Sequence record: SRR22947725_847
Reading direction: 5' to 3' (one strand)
Length of the DNA: 34,283 bases
In this document: positions 1-8,987 of the stretch, in pieces
Numbering within the stretch: the stretch's first letter is position 1
Layout: each line of letters begins with the position of its first letter
The notes under the pieces: model-generated
Database searches by the model: none
What the model was told of the DNA's origin: nothing
Seen by the model: the letters and a program-made list of their open reading frames with translations, nothing else
Program-made: the position numbers and the translations under genes

Positions 1-307
1 TCCCATAGGAGAAAGAGCAGATGATTCCCAGCCCAGAGCGCATTTGTACGATCATAACTATGTGATTACTGGTGGAGGTCAGTCAATCGTGCATACCGCA
101 ACGGTCAAAGAGCCCATGAGTGGTCGTGTGATGAAGACCTTTACGGATCAACCAGGAGTGCAGTTATATACAGGCAATCCACTTGGATTCTGCCTTGAAA
201 CACAACACTACCCTGATTCGGTGCATCATCCTCATTTTCCGTCCACCATCCTGAACCCGGGTGATCGTTTTGAAACCACGACGATCTATGCTTTTGATCT
301 GCCTTGA
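1..307 (+). CDS. galM: Aldose 1-epimerase (galactose mutarotase), 5'-truncated by the window edge
   Basis: Frame open from position 2 (PIGERADD...LYDHNYV). It contains the GalM motifs YDHNY, TDQPGVQLYTGN and GFCLETQHYPDS, and ends at TGA 305-307. Confidence 0.92.
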   Translation, partial: PIGERADDSQPRAHLYDHNYVITGGGQSIVHTATVKEPMSGRVMKTFTDQPGVQLYTGNPLGFCLETQHYPDSVHHPHFPSTILNPGDRFETTTIYAFDLP

Positions 308-371
308 CTGGGGTCTTGAAGTTTCGAAAGTAAAAAAAGCGTCAATAGGTGGGACCGACTCCCAAAGGTGC

Positions 372-400
372 TTGATGAATCTGGAGTCAAACTTTATACA
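372..400 (+). promoter_or_regulatory. Possible sigma70 promoter giving a leaderless mRNA for the SDR gene
   Basis: TTGATG (372-377), 17-nt spacer, TATACA (395-400). The ATG at 407 sits where +1 would fall. The -10 box lacks the conserved final T. Confidence 0.3.
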
Positions 401-406
401 GGATGG

Positions 407-1141
407 ATGCAATCCCTCGAAAACAAAGTGGTCCTCGTGGTGGGCGGTGGTTCTGGTATCGGTTTGGGTATTGGAAAGGCTTTGGCTGTCGAAGGTGCTG
501 AAGTGGTCCTTTCCGCGCGAACGGAATCCTCACTCAAGGCCGCCTGTGCATTGCCGGATGTCGGTCATTCTTTTAAGGTCAAAACATGTGACGTCGTGGA
601 TCGAAGCAAAGTTCAATCACTTGTGGATTGGGTGACTGAAACATTGGGGCAGGTAGATATTTTGGTATACAGCGCTGGCATGAATGTGCCGAAGCGCACG
701 TTTGCAGACATGGAGCCGGAGGCCATGGATCAGGTCATGGATACCAATGCAACCGGAGCTTACAATTGCATGCGAGCGGTCCTGCCCTCAATGCGAGAAC
801 GCAAGAGCGGATTGATCATCAATGTGGTTTCCTTGGCCGGTCTGCGTGCCATGCAATTAGCAGGATTACCTTATTGTGCGTCCAAATTTGCCCAGAGTGC
901 GATTGGTACTTATGCGAATTTGGAGGTTCTTCCAGATGGAGTAAGTGTCACGAATATTTATCCAGGAGAAACTGAGACGCCCATTCTCGATAAACGTCCT
1001 GTTCCTCCATCTGCAGAACAACGGGCCCGGATGTTGCAGCCGGACGATATTGCCTCAATGGTGGTAACCGTTGCGAAACTCCCTGCACGTGCAACGGTAC
1101 CTGAGATCGTCATTACTCCAAGGCATATGCCTTATGCGTGA
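407..1141 (+). CDS. SDR family NAD(P)-dependent oxidoreductase
   Basis: VVGGGSGIG Rossmann motif, YSAG, catalytic YCASK (YxxxK), IYPG. ATG 407 (MQSLENKVVL) is preferred over GTG 368. Confidence 0.9.
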   Translation: MQSLENKVVLVVGGGSGIGLGIGKALAVEGAEVVLSARTESSLKAACALPDVGHSFKVKTCDVVDRSKVQSLVDWVTETLGQVDILVYSAGMNVPKRTFADMEPEAMDQVMDTNATGAYNCMRAVLPSMRERKSGLIINVVSLAGLRAMQLAGLPYCASKFAQSAIGTYANLEVLPDGVSVTNIYPGETETPILDKRPVPPSAEQRARMLQPDDIASMVVTVAKLPARATVPEIVITPRHMPYA

Positions 1142-1185
1142 CCGAGTGAATATGACGAACATTCAATAAGCATCTTAAAACTCAT

Positions 1186-2241
1186 ATGAATCGACGCCAA
1201 TTCATTACAAAATCTTCAGGATTGCTTTTGTCTCTTCCGATGCTGACGCAGGCACAGAATCAAAAACGAGGTAAAAGACTCGGTCTATCCATAGCCTCGT
1301 ACGGGCGCGGTTCTCGTTTTTACAGTGAAGAGTTTCCAGCTTGGAAAAATGCATTGGATGTTCTGGATCACTGCAAGAGCCTGAAGGCAGGATGTCTTCA
1401 AATAGGGGTTCGCGGTTGGACTCGGGATTTTGCAGGGAAGGTAAGAGAGCGAAGAGAAAATCTTGATATTCGTCTGGAGGGGCAGATTTCACTGCCACGC
1501 AAAGAATCCGACATCGATCGTTTTGATGAGACGGTGCGCATGGCGAAGGAAGCCGGGGCTACTGTATTACGGACCGTTTGTCTTGGAGGGCGACGGTATG
1601 AAACATTCAGGAAACTTGAAGATTGGCAATATTTCAAAACCCGGTCATGGGAGTCATTGGTACGGGCCGAAAAAATAGTGCGTCAACATGGAGTTAAGTT
1701 GGCTTTTGAAAATCACAAGGACTGGCGCAGTCATGAGCAGCTGGATTTGTTGCATCGATTGAGCAGTGAATCGGTGGGGGTTTGTTTTGATTTTGGTAAC
1801 AACGTATCTTTGCTGGAGGATCCCCATGTTCAGGTCGAAGCCCTCGCACCGTTTATCATGACCACACACCTCAAAGACATGGGGGCACAAGCTTGTGAAG
1901 ATGGGTTTCTCTTGAGCGAGGTCCCGCTTGGTGAAGGCATGCTGGACTTGAATCAACTTTGTGACGTTTGTGAGCGTGCCAACCCTGATATACAATTCAA
2001 TCTGGAAATGATCACGCGCGACCCCTTGATAGTACCTGTGTTCAAAGACGAATATTGGCTTACGATGAAGGGATTACCTGCGCATGAATTAGCCACGATT
2101 TTAAAATGGATCAAACAGCATCCACCTCGAAAACCACTTCCAAGCATCAGTGATAAATCGGATGCTCAACGATTGGCTTTTGAAGAAGCCAATGTGAGAG
2201 AATGTTTTCAATACGCCCGAAAGCAACTCGGTTTATCCTAA
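1186..2241 (+). CDS. Tat-exported sugar phosphate isomerase/epimerase family (xylose-isomerase-like TIM barrel) protein
   Basis: Twin-arginine signal MNRRQFITKS...AQ. Metal-ligand motifs AFENH, FDFGN, HLKD and NLEM. Confidence 0.85.
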   Translation: MNRRQFITKSSGLLLSLPMLTQAQNQKRGKRLGLSIASYGRGSRFYSEEFPAWKNALDVLDHCKSLKAGCLQIGVRGWTRDFAGKVRERRENLDIRLEGQISLPRKESDIDRFDETVRMAKEAGATVLRTVCLGGRRYETFRKLEDWQYFKTRSWESLVRAEKIVRQHGVKLAFENHKDWRSHEQLDLLHRLSSESVGVCFDFGNNVSLLEDPHVQVEALAPFIMTTHLKDMGAQACEDGFLLSEVPLGEGMLDLNQLCDVCERANPDIQFNLEMITRDPLIVPVFKDEYWLTMKGLPAHELATILKWIKQHPPRKPLPSISDKSDAQRLAFEEANVRECFQYARKQLGLS

Positions 2242-2263
2242 CTCATTTTTAATTGAAACAGAC

Positions 2264-3055
2264 ATGTTAGACGCCTCTGAAAAATTACCCGGAATCACTC
2301 AGTTCCAAATCAAGGGTCAGACCGCAATCATTACCGGTGGTTCCAAAGGTTTAGGCCTGGCCATGGCCGCGGGCCTTGCCTCCGCTGGTGCCAACCTCAT
2401 GTTGGTGAGCAGGCATCTGGACGAATGTGAAGCTTCAGCCAAATACCTGGAAAAAGATTTCGGAGTGAAGGCGATTGGATTTCAGGCAGATGTGACTGAT
2501 TCGTCTCAAACTGAGGCCATGGTTGCGCATGCAATGAAACATTTCAATCGCCTGGATATTTTGGTGAACAGCGCCGGTATAAATATCCGGGGCCCCATCG
2601 ATTCCCTTAGTCCTGATGAATTCAGGCAAGTCATGGATATCAACGTCAATGGAACATGGCTGGCTTGCCGCGCAGTGACACCCATCATGAAAAAAGCGCA
2701 ATACGGACGTATCATCAACCTTGCCAGCGCGCTTGGTTTGGTAGGCGTGGCCAATCGTACTCCTTATGCCTCGAGTAAGGGAGCGGTGGTTCAATTAACA
2801 CGTTCGCTTTCTTTGGAATTGGCAAACGAGGGTATCACGGTGAACGCCATTTGTCCGGGACCTTTTCTTACCGAAATGAACATTCCCATCGCCGACACAG
2901 AAGATGGTAAGAAGTTCATCGTTGGTGCGACTGCCCTGAAACGCTGGGGACGCATGGAGGAGATCCAGGGGGCCGCGATCTACCTCGCAAGCCCTTCCTC
3001 AAGTTATGTGACAGGAAGCATGCTCTCTGTGGATGGTGGTTGGACTGCTCAATAA
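2264..3055 (+). CDS. SDR family oxidoreductase (gluconate 5-dehydrogenase/FabG-like)
   Basis: TGGSKGLG, NSAG, YASSK, NAICPG and C-terminal VDGGW. Confidence 0.92.
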   Translation: MLDASEKLPGITQFQIKGQTAIITGGSKGLGLAMAAGLASAGANLMLVSRHLDECEASAKYLEKDFGVKAIGFQADVTDSSQTEAMVAHAMKHFNRLDILVNSAGINIRGPIDSLSPDEFRQVMDINVNGTWLACRAVTPIMKKAQYGRIINLASALGLVGVANRTPYASSKGAVVQLTRSLSLELANEGITVNAICPGPFLTEMNIPIADTEDGKKFIVGATALKRWGRMEEIQGAAIYLASPSSSYVTGSMLSVDGGWTAQ

Positions 3056-3071
3056 TACAACCGGCTCATTT

Positions 3072-5771
3072 TCAAAGCTCGTGAAGACGCACCCTGAAAA
3101 AGGCTGACCCCAGATTGACCTTGGAGACATCAATCGTTCTCAGCGCTGAACTCGCCGGATAGAAATGAGTATTTCCCGGCACTTCCAAGGTTTTCCATGA
3201 TTGATCATCTCCAGGAGTTGCCGTCCATTGAATCTCAGCATAAGTGTTTGAAATAGTCGGTACATGAATTTGAACCGTGTTTTCATGGCGATCGATTCTC
3301 ATCTCATAAAAGTCATCTGGGTCTGTCGGGTCGGTTTGTGTCAGGAATTCAAGGAAGTTTGAAATATTGTCCCCGTCACTGTCCAAGGTGGCAATCGAAT
3401 CAGGATCAGTGACTACCCTGAAATAGACGCGAACCCAATCAGTAAACGACTGGGCTTTGGACAAATCTTCTGTGATCCAACGTTGAATCAGATTGACCGC
3501 CTGCTCATCGATTTCCGTGCTGCCCAATGGCGGCATGCGCTCGATACCATTGCTGCGGATGCGTTCGAGTAGGATTGATTTTGATGGGTCGAAACGGTGG
3601 ATGAGGCGGCCATCCGGTATGCCCATGTGGTTGTAAGGTTTTTCATGAACGATTTTGGTTTCAGAGGTAGTGACCTCGAAGGTGGCATTCCAGTGAAGCC
3701 TGGATCGGCTGGAAACGCTCTCGTGGCAGGCTTCACAGTTCGATGCAAGATAGGATCTGACTCGGTAAGTCAGACTAGCTTCTTCATCATCGGCCGCAGC
3801 CAAGCGTGGTAATTGATGGATGGACTTATTCAAAGGAGGATTGAGTCTGCCTGCTTGATCCATGGCGTGAAGCTGATTGAAAACTTCACCCTCGAAACTT
3901 ACTTCCCGGTTAAGCTGGGCTGTGTTGAAGCCCAGAGCATATCGTCCAAAACGCCCAGCCGCCTTGAAATCAGGTCCCCCATTGTGACATGCCAGACAAT
4001 CGCGTGCGCTGGGAAAGTTCCATTCCTGCAAGCGATCCACGCCATCTTCCTCGATGCTTATCGTCTCTTTCAATCCCTCAGGAGGAACGAGAATGGCATT
4101 GTCCTGAGCTTCATTCCATCGATAAGTGATTCCGTAATAACTGCCCAATACGGTGTAAATAAGAAACCTCGTTTCAAGACGTTTTTTTGTAGATGGATCT
4201 CCCCGGCGTGTTTCCAGGTCAAAGTGTTTCATGAAAATGGTTCCTCCGGGGAAAGCCCAGGCTTCATTCTCCTTAAAGCGCATCGCTCTGCTGCTGCCGG
4301 GCAAGCTTATCCACCGTGACTTGGTGGCATGATCAGACCAGAAGGGAACATTGATTTCATACGGAATCCAACTTGGATGAAGAATGAAATTTTTTACGTC
4401 AAGGAAAGCTCCTGTATCCGCCAGTGTCGGTGGCAAATCGGAAAGGTTGGTCGACGGGGGTGGTGTCAAAAACTTGATTCGGCCTTCGCTCATATCAGCC
4501 ATCAAAACGTGACCGTCGATGGGGTCCAAGGCGATATCCGCTATGTGCCCATCCCAGGCAAGCCATTCGATTCGAGGTGATTGACCCTCTGCAACGACCG
4601 CTCTGCCCAGCCAGCCCCCGAAGTAGTCAGAGAACAAAATCGATCCATCCAATTCAGGGAACTGAGTGCCGCGATAGACCAACATGCCTGCGATGTCGTT
4701 GCCATCTTCTCGTCCGTATTCGGCAACCGGGTCAACGAAGCCATGATCAGCATCATGGACAGCATGGCGCTGGGGGCCCGGCAGGCTCCCTTCCCGCTTT
4801 GGCCATCCATAATTGCCACCCAGGACAATCTCGTTGATCTCTTCACGTGTGTGATCACCGGTATCTCCCGAGTAGAGTTTTCCGGTCAATGGGTCAAAAG
4901 AGAATCTCCATGGATTACGCATGCCAATCGCATAGAACTCGGTACGAACCTTATCAGGTTCCAATTCGATTCCCTGAAACTCTCTTAAATTCAAATAAGG
5001 ATTATCTGACGGAATAGCATAATGATCCGAACTTGCGACATGTGGGTTGGGTAGCGGATTTCCCTGGCGTTTATCCACATCAATCCGAATCATTCCAGCA
5101 AAAAGGTTCTTATCAAGCTTTTGCCCATTTCCGAGAATATCGTAGAATTCACCCTCATCCCCAATGGATAGATAGAGGTATCCATCAGGGCCGAAAAGCA
5201 TGCCTCCTCCGTTATGGTCGTAATGCTTGTCAGGTTGATTGATGATTATTTTTTCTGAATCAGGAAGTGCAGAGTTAGGGTCTTCCGGGTCTACGCTGAG
5301 TTCGGAGAGTCTGTTAAAATAATCCCAGCCTGTTCCGTTCCATTCCTGAGCAACATAATAAATAAATAATCGCCCGTTATCTTTGTAATTAGGATGAAAC
5401 GCAAGTGAGAGAAGGCCTGATTCCGAATAATTGTAAACTTTTATCCCCAGATTCAAGAAGGTATTGGGCTCGGGCTTATCGCGGTTGCTGATGACAACGA
5501 CACGGCCGATTTTTTCAACCACAAACATCCTCGCATTATCCTCCTCCGGTGGGAAAACAATCTGAACGGGTTGATTAAAACGAACGGTTGGGAATCTGTC
5601 AGCCGTGGCGTAGCTCAACCACTTGGGGCGGTCCGGTAGATCAATGCTGGTGTTAGGGACGATCTTATCCCAGGGGGTTGCGGCCCTGATTGCTGCTTGA
5701 AATCCAATCAGGCCCAAGATCATTGCCTTGAACAGGGCACTTGCCCTGCGATGCCATCCGACACTTCTCAT
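3072..5771 (-). CDS. Secreted PQQ-dependent glucose/sorbosone dehydrogenase-family beta-propeller fused to a two-CxxCH cytochrome c region and a C-terminal Asp-rich repeat
   Basis: Signal-like N-terminus. GSDH motifs ESGLLSLAFHP, HNGGGMLFGPDGYLY, GMRNPWRFSFD and GGNYGWP. Heme motifs CLACH and CEACH, then RMPPLG and DSDGDNISNFLEFL. Confidence 0.88.
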   Translation of the reverse strand: MRSVGWHRRASALFKAMILGLIGFQAAIRAATPWDKIVPNTSIDLPDRPKWLSYATADRFPTVRFNQPVQIVFPPEEDNARMFVVEKIGRVVVISNRDKPEPNTFLNLGIKVYNYSESGLLSLAFHPNYKDNGRLFIYYVAQEWNGTGWDYFNRLSELSVDPEDPNSALPDSEKIIINQPDKHYDHNGGGMLFGPDGYLYLSIGDEGEFYDILGNGQKLDKNLFAGMIRIDVDKRQGNPLPNPHVASSDHYAIPSDNPYLNLREFQGIELEPDKVRTEFYAIGMRNPWRFSFDPLTGKLYSGDTGDHTREEINEIVLGGNYGWPKREGSLPGPQRHAVHDADHGFVDPVAEYGREDGNDIAGMLVYRGTQFPELDGSILFSDYFGGWLGRAVVAEGQSPRIEWLAWDGHIADIALDPIDGHVLMADMSEGRIKFLTPPPSTNLSDLPPTLADTGAFLDVKNFILHPSWIPYEINVPFWSDHATKSRWISLPGSSRAMRFKENEAWAFPGGTIFMKHFDLETRRGDPSTKKRLETRFLIYTVLGSYYGITYRWNEAQDNAILVPPEGLKETISIEEDGVDRLQEWNFPSARDCLACHNGGPDFKAAGRFGRYALGFNTAQLNREVSFEGEVFNQLHAMDQAGRLNPPLNKSIHQLPRLAAADDEEASLTYRVRSYLASNCEACHESVSSRSRLHWNATFEVTTSETKIVHEKPYNHMGIPDGRLIHRFDPSKSILLERIRSNGIERMPPLGSTEIDEQAVNLIQRWITEDLSKAQSFTDWVRVYFRVVTDPDSIATLDSDGDNISNFLEFLTQTDPTDPDDFYEMRIDRHENTVQIHVPTISNTYAEIQWTATPGDDQSWKTLEVPGNTHFYPASSALRTIDVSKVNLGSAFFRVRLHEL

Positions 5772-5802
5772 GATACTAATATGGAATAATGATGGGGAGA
5801 TT

Positions 5803-7635
5803 TCAATTCAAAATCTCTAACTGATGTGGCCCACTGGAAACATCGCCGGATTTGACCCAGGTTTTGATTTTGTGATCTCCACCGCGATTGATGACAATTT
5901 GAAATTTGAATGAAGAGGGCGATATTGTCTCGTATTCAGACCATTCGTTATCACCAATTTTCAACGTTATTGTATCGGGTTCCTGAGCGCCTTTTGTGTG
6001 GACGATGACTTGGTAGGCTCCAGATCTTTGAAAATGAGTCCACCATTCGCCGTTGGATGCTGCACCCCATGGTTTCCCAGATTGATGACGCCAATCCTGT
6101 CGAGTTAATACACTTCGACTTTGTTTTGGTGATCCGATGATGATGCGTGGAGGATCATAATTATTGGGGCGAGTTGAACTGACATCGTCAAACCAGGCGT
6201 CATAGGCATTCGTCATGGAAGTAACGATATGCGGGAAGGTTGCGGAAAGGTCTTGTGATTCGAAAGGATCGAGCAGCATGTCATAGAGCTCGAAGCGGGG
6301 GCTACCTTCAAATGATTCGTTTCCGAATCCCGAGGCATGCAGTAATTTCCATCTTTGATTGCGCGCAGCGAAGTGGTGATAGCGGACCGGTAAGTTACCT
6401 CGATGAGACTGTATGACGACGGTTCGATCTAGCCATTGCCTATTGCGTCCATCAAGAAGAGGAAGGAAACTGCGTCCGTCAAATTGATCCCAAACTTTTC
6501 TGTCTTTGACCCCACATGCATCCAGAATAGTCGGTGTGATGTCGATGTGAGCCACCACTTTATCCGACCATGTGCCTGCTTTCAGTCGATTTGGCCAATG
6601 CATCAAAAGAGGGGATCTGATGCCTCCCTCATGAACATGTGACTTACTTCCCTGGAAGCCCGATACATAGCGACGTCCATTGGGCCCATTGTCAACCATG
6701 AAGATAATCAGCGTATCCTCTAATAGTTCCAGTGCTTCTAGGCTATTTTTCAACTTCCCGATATTTTGATCAATGTTATCGATCATTGCGAAAATCCGCG
6801 CCCTTTTATCGAGGTTAGCGTTCTTGGGAAGTGCATGCCCTTGATTTTGAGGGAATTGGTCATTCGCCAAATTCAAGGACTTGTAATAATCATACTCCTC
6901 TTGAGGAACATCATGAAAGGGCCCGTGGGGAGCATTGGTGGGAAGGTAAACAAAGAAGGGTCTATTACGGGTTTTACTGACTTCGATGAATTTCAGGGCG
7001 TGATCGAAGTAGATATCCGTGCAGTAGCCCTTCTTTTGCACTTCCTGACCATTGTGAAACAGCGTTGGATCCGTGTACTTACCTTCCGCCCCAATCGGAT
7101 CAGAGGGCTGCCCAATTCCTCCTCCGCGTAGTACGAGAGATTCCTCGAATCCCTGATCCATGGCTCTCATTGGGTAATTGTCACCCATATGCCATTTGCC
7201 AAAAATCCCTGTCGCATATCCTGCGGAATAGAGTGATTCGGCGACGGTTATTTCTGCTGGCTCCATCATGGCCCGGCCAATGTAGGTATCGATACACCGA
7301 GTGCGGTAGTTGTATCTACCGGTCATGAGGCAGGCCCGCGTGGGCGCGCAGACCGGGCTTACGTAATACTGTGACATTTGAGCGCTCTTAGGCTGGAGAG
7401 CGTCAAGATTTGGGGTTCTCAAAATCGGGTTGCCGGTAAAACCAAAATCACCATAACCCTGATCATCGGTGATGATGAGGATCACGTTGGGACGTCCCGC
7501 GGCGTTCAAGGTCCCGACTCCAATGCCCTGCATCCAAGGGGAGCCAATCCCCAGGCAAACAGCCACTATGGTGGCACGTTTGCAATGAGCCCATGTCTTG
7601 TAGATATCTCTCAATATTCCTGCAACCTGATACAT
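5803..7635 (-). CDS. Arylsulfatase (formylglycine-dependent, Cys type) with C-terminal extension
   Basis: RPNVILIITDDQGYGD, CAPTRACLMTGR (CxPxR), GKWHMG, DNG and EGGIR. The true start may lie downstream of 7635. Confidence 0.93.
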   Translation of the reverse strand: MYQVAGILRDIYKTWAHCKRATIVAVCLGIGSPWMQGIGVGTLNAAGRPNVILIITDDQGYGDFGFTGNPILRTPNLDALQPKSAQMSQYYVSPVCAPTRACLMTGRYNYRTRCIDTYIGRAMMEPAEITVAESLYSAGYATGIFGKWHMGDNYPMRAMDQGFEESLVLRGGGIGQPSDPIGAEGKYTDPTLFHNGQEVQKKGYCTDIYFDHALKFIEVSKTRNRPFFVYLPTNAPHGPFHDVPQEEYDYYKSLNLANDQFPQNQGHALPKNANLDKRARIFAMIDNIDQNIGKLKNSLEALELLEDTLIIFMVDNGPNGRRYVSGFQGSKSHVHEGGIRSPLLMHWPNRLKAGTWSDKVVAHIDITPTILDACGVKDRKVWDQFDGRSFLPLLDGRNRQWLDRTVVIQSHRGNLPVRYHHFAARNQRWKLLHASGFGNESFEGSPRFELYDMLLDPFESQDLSATFPHIVTSMTNAYDAWFDDVSSTRPNNYDPPRIIIGSPKQSRSVLTRQDWRHQSGKPWGAASNGEWWTHFQRSGAYQVIVHTKGAQEPDTITLKIGDNEWSEYETISPSSFKFQIVINRGGDHKIKTWVKSGDVSSGPHQLEILN

Positions 7636-7730
7636 ATCACTTCAATTTATGCGGTTGAGCCAGATCAGGCAATGACTCTCTTTTATCTTCTCGGTTGACA
7701 TTGTCGGAGCCTTTTCGTTTCAGTGTTCGA

Positions 7731-8987
7731 GTGAAACAATTTTTTCCAGGTGCATATCCATTACGCGGCCACGTGCAGCATTATGATTGGGGAGACCCGC
7801 ATTCCATACCGGCCCTGACAGGAAAACCCAACAGGGACAAACGCCCTTGGGCCGAATTTTGGATGGGGGCTCATTCTGACTTGCCGTCCGACGTACTTGT
7901 TGATGGTCAGTGGATTTCACTTGCGGAGGTGATAGCAAATTTTCCTCTCACAGTGCTAGGGGAGCGCGTGCGTATTTCTTTTAATGAGGCTTTGCCTTTT
8001 CTCTTCAAAATACTGGCAGCTGCTCAACCCTTGTCTATCCAGGTTCATCCAACAAAAAGTGCAGCTGAAGAGGGGTTCAAAAAAGAAAATGAGATTGGTA
8101 TTGCGCTGGATGCCCGACATAGAAACTACAAGGATGTGAACCACAAACCCGAGATCATTGCAGCACTTACTCCATTTTATGGCTTGCGTGGATTTCGGCC
8201 CATCAATGAAATCAGGGATCAATTGAGCGCTTTGCCTGAGTTCTCCTTTCTTTTGAATGAGTTTGAAAAAGATGTCTCTCATTCTATCCGTAAATTGTAT
8301 GGAAAGCTGATGAGTATGGATGCAGGGGACGTGCATGAGCGATTGGCTGCCGTTATCCAGCGCTTGAAGGAAAGGCATTTCAGACAGCCTTTTTCCAGAG
8401 AGTCTGCCGAATATTGGGTCTTACAATCAAATAACTGCTGCTCTGAGAATGGATTGCACGATCGAGGATTGATGTCGTTTTTTCTACTGAACCTTGTTTC
8501 CTTGCTCCCCGGTCAGGCCATGTATCTGCCGGCGGGAGTCTTGCACGCCTACCTCGAAGGGGTAGGCGTTGAGCTCATGGCAAATTCCAATAACGTGCTG
8601 CGTGGTGGGTTGACGTCCAAGCACGTGGATGTCGATGAGTTAATGCAACACGTTTCATTCAATCCTGAAAAAGTGGATATCCTTTCGGCAAAGCCCTCGG
8701 GGGAATCCAATGCGGTTCAAAAATATTCATCCGGTGCTGCCGAGTTTGAATTGAATCAAATAGCGAGCGGCAGCGGGCAGCTTGAAGTGACCCTGTCATC
8801 CAATGGACCTGAGATCCTGTTTCCGACAAAAATGTCTGCAAATGGATCTTGTCGTATGAAATGGGAGGGTGGTGAAATTGCCATGAAGCAGGGAAGCCCA
8901 CTGTTGATTTGCCACGATGTTCGCTATACGCTTGAACTCGACCCAGATGTCAGGATATTTCTGGCACTCGTGCCCAGCAAAAAATGA
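7731..8987 (+). CDS. manA: Mannose-6-phosphate isomerase, class I
   Basis: QHYDWG, AEFWMGAH, LPFLFKIL, PLSIQVHP, NYKDVNHKPE, HAYLEG and MANSNNVLRGGLTSKH. GTG 7731 is chosen because the track's TTG start at 7695 is the start of a perfect TTGACA. Confidence 0.93.
   Translation: MKQFFPGAYPLRGHVQHYDWGDPHSIPALTGKPNRDKRPWAEFWMGAHSDLPSDVLVDGQWISLAEVIANFPLTVLGERVRISFNEALPFLFKILAAAQPLSIQVHPTKSAAEEGFKKENEIGIALDARHRNYKDVNHKPEIIAALTPFYGLRGFRPINEIRDQLSALPEFSFLLNEFEKDVSHSIRKLYGKLMSMDAGDVHERLAAVIQRLKERHFRQPFSRESAEYWVLQSNNCCSENGLHDRGLMSFFLLNLVSLLPGQAMYLPAGVLHAYLEGVGVELMANSNNVLRGGLTSKHVDVDELMQHVSFNPEKVDILSAKPSGESNAVQKYSSGAAEFELNQIASGSGQLEVTLSSNGPEILFPTKMSANGSCRMKWEGGEIAMKQGSPLLICHDVRYTLELDPDVRIFLALVPSKK

Noticed and set aside
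3488-5242. Several 69-168 aa ORFs inside the GSDH-cytochrome gene
   Set aside because: They are fully nested in a motif-rich 899-aa CDS and look like typical off-frame or antisense ORFs.
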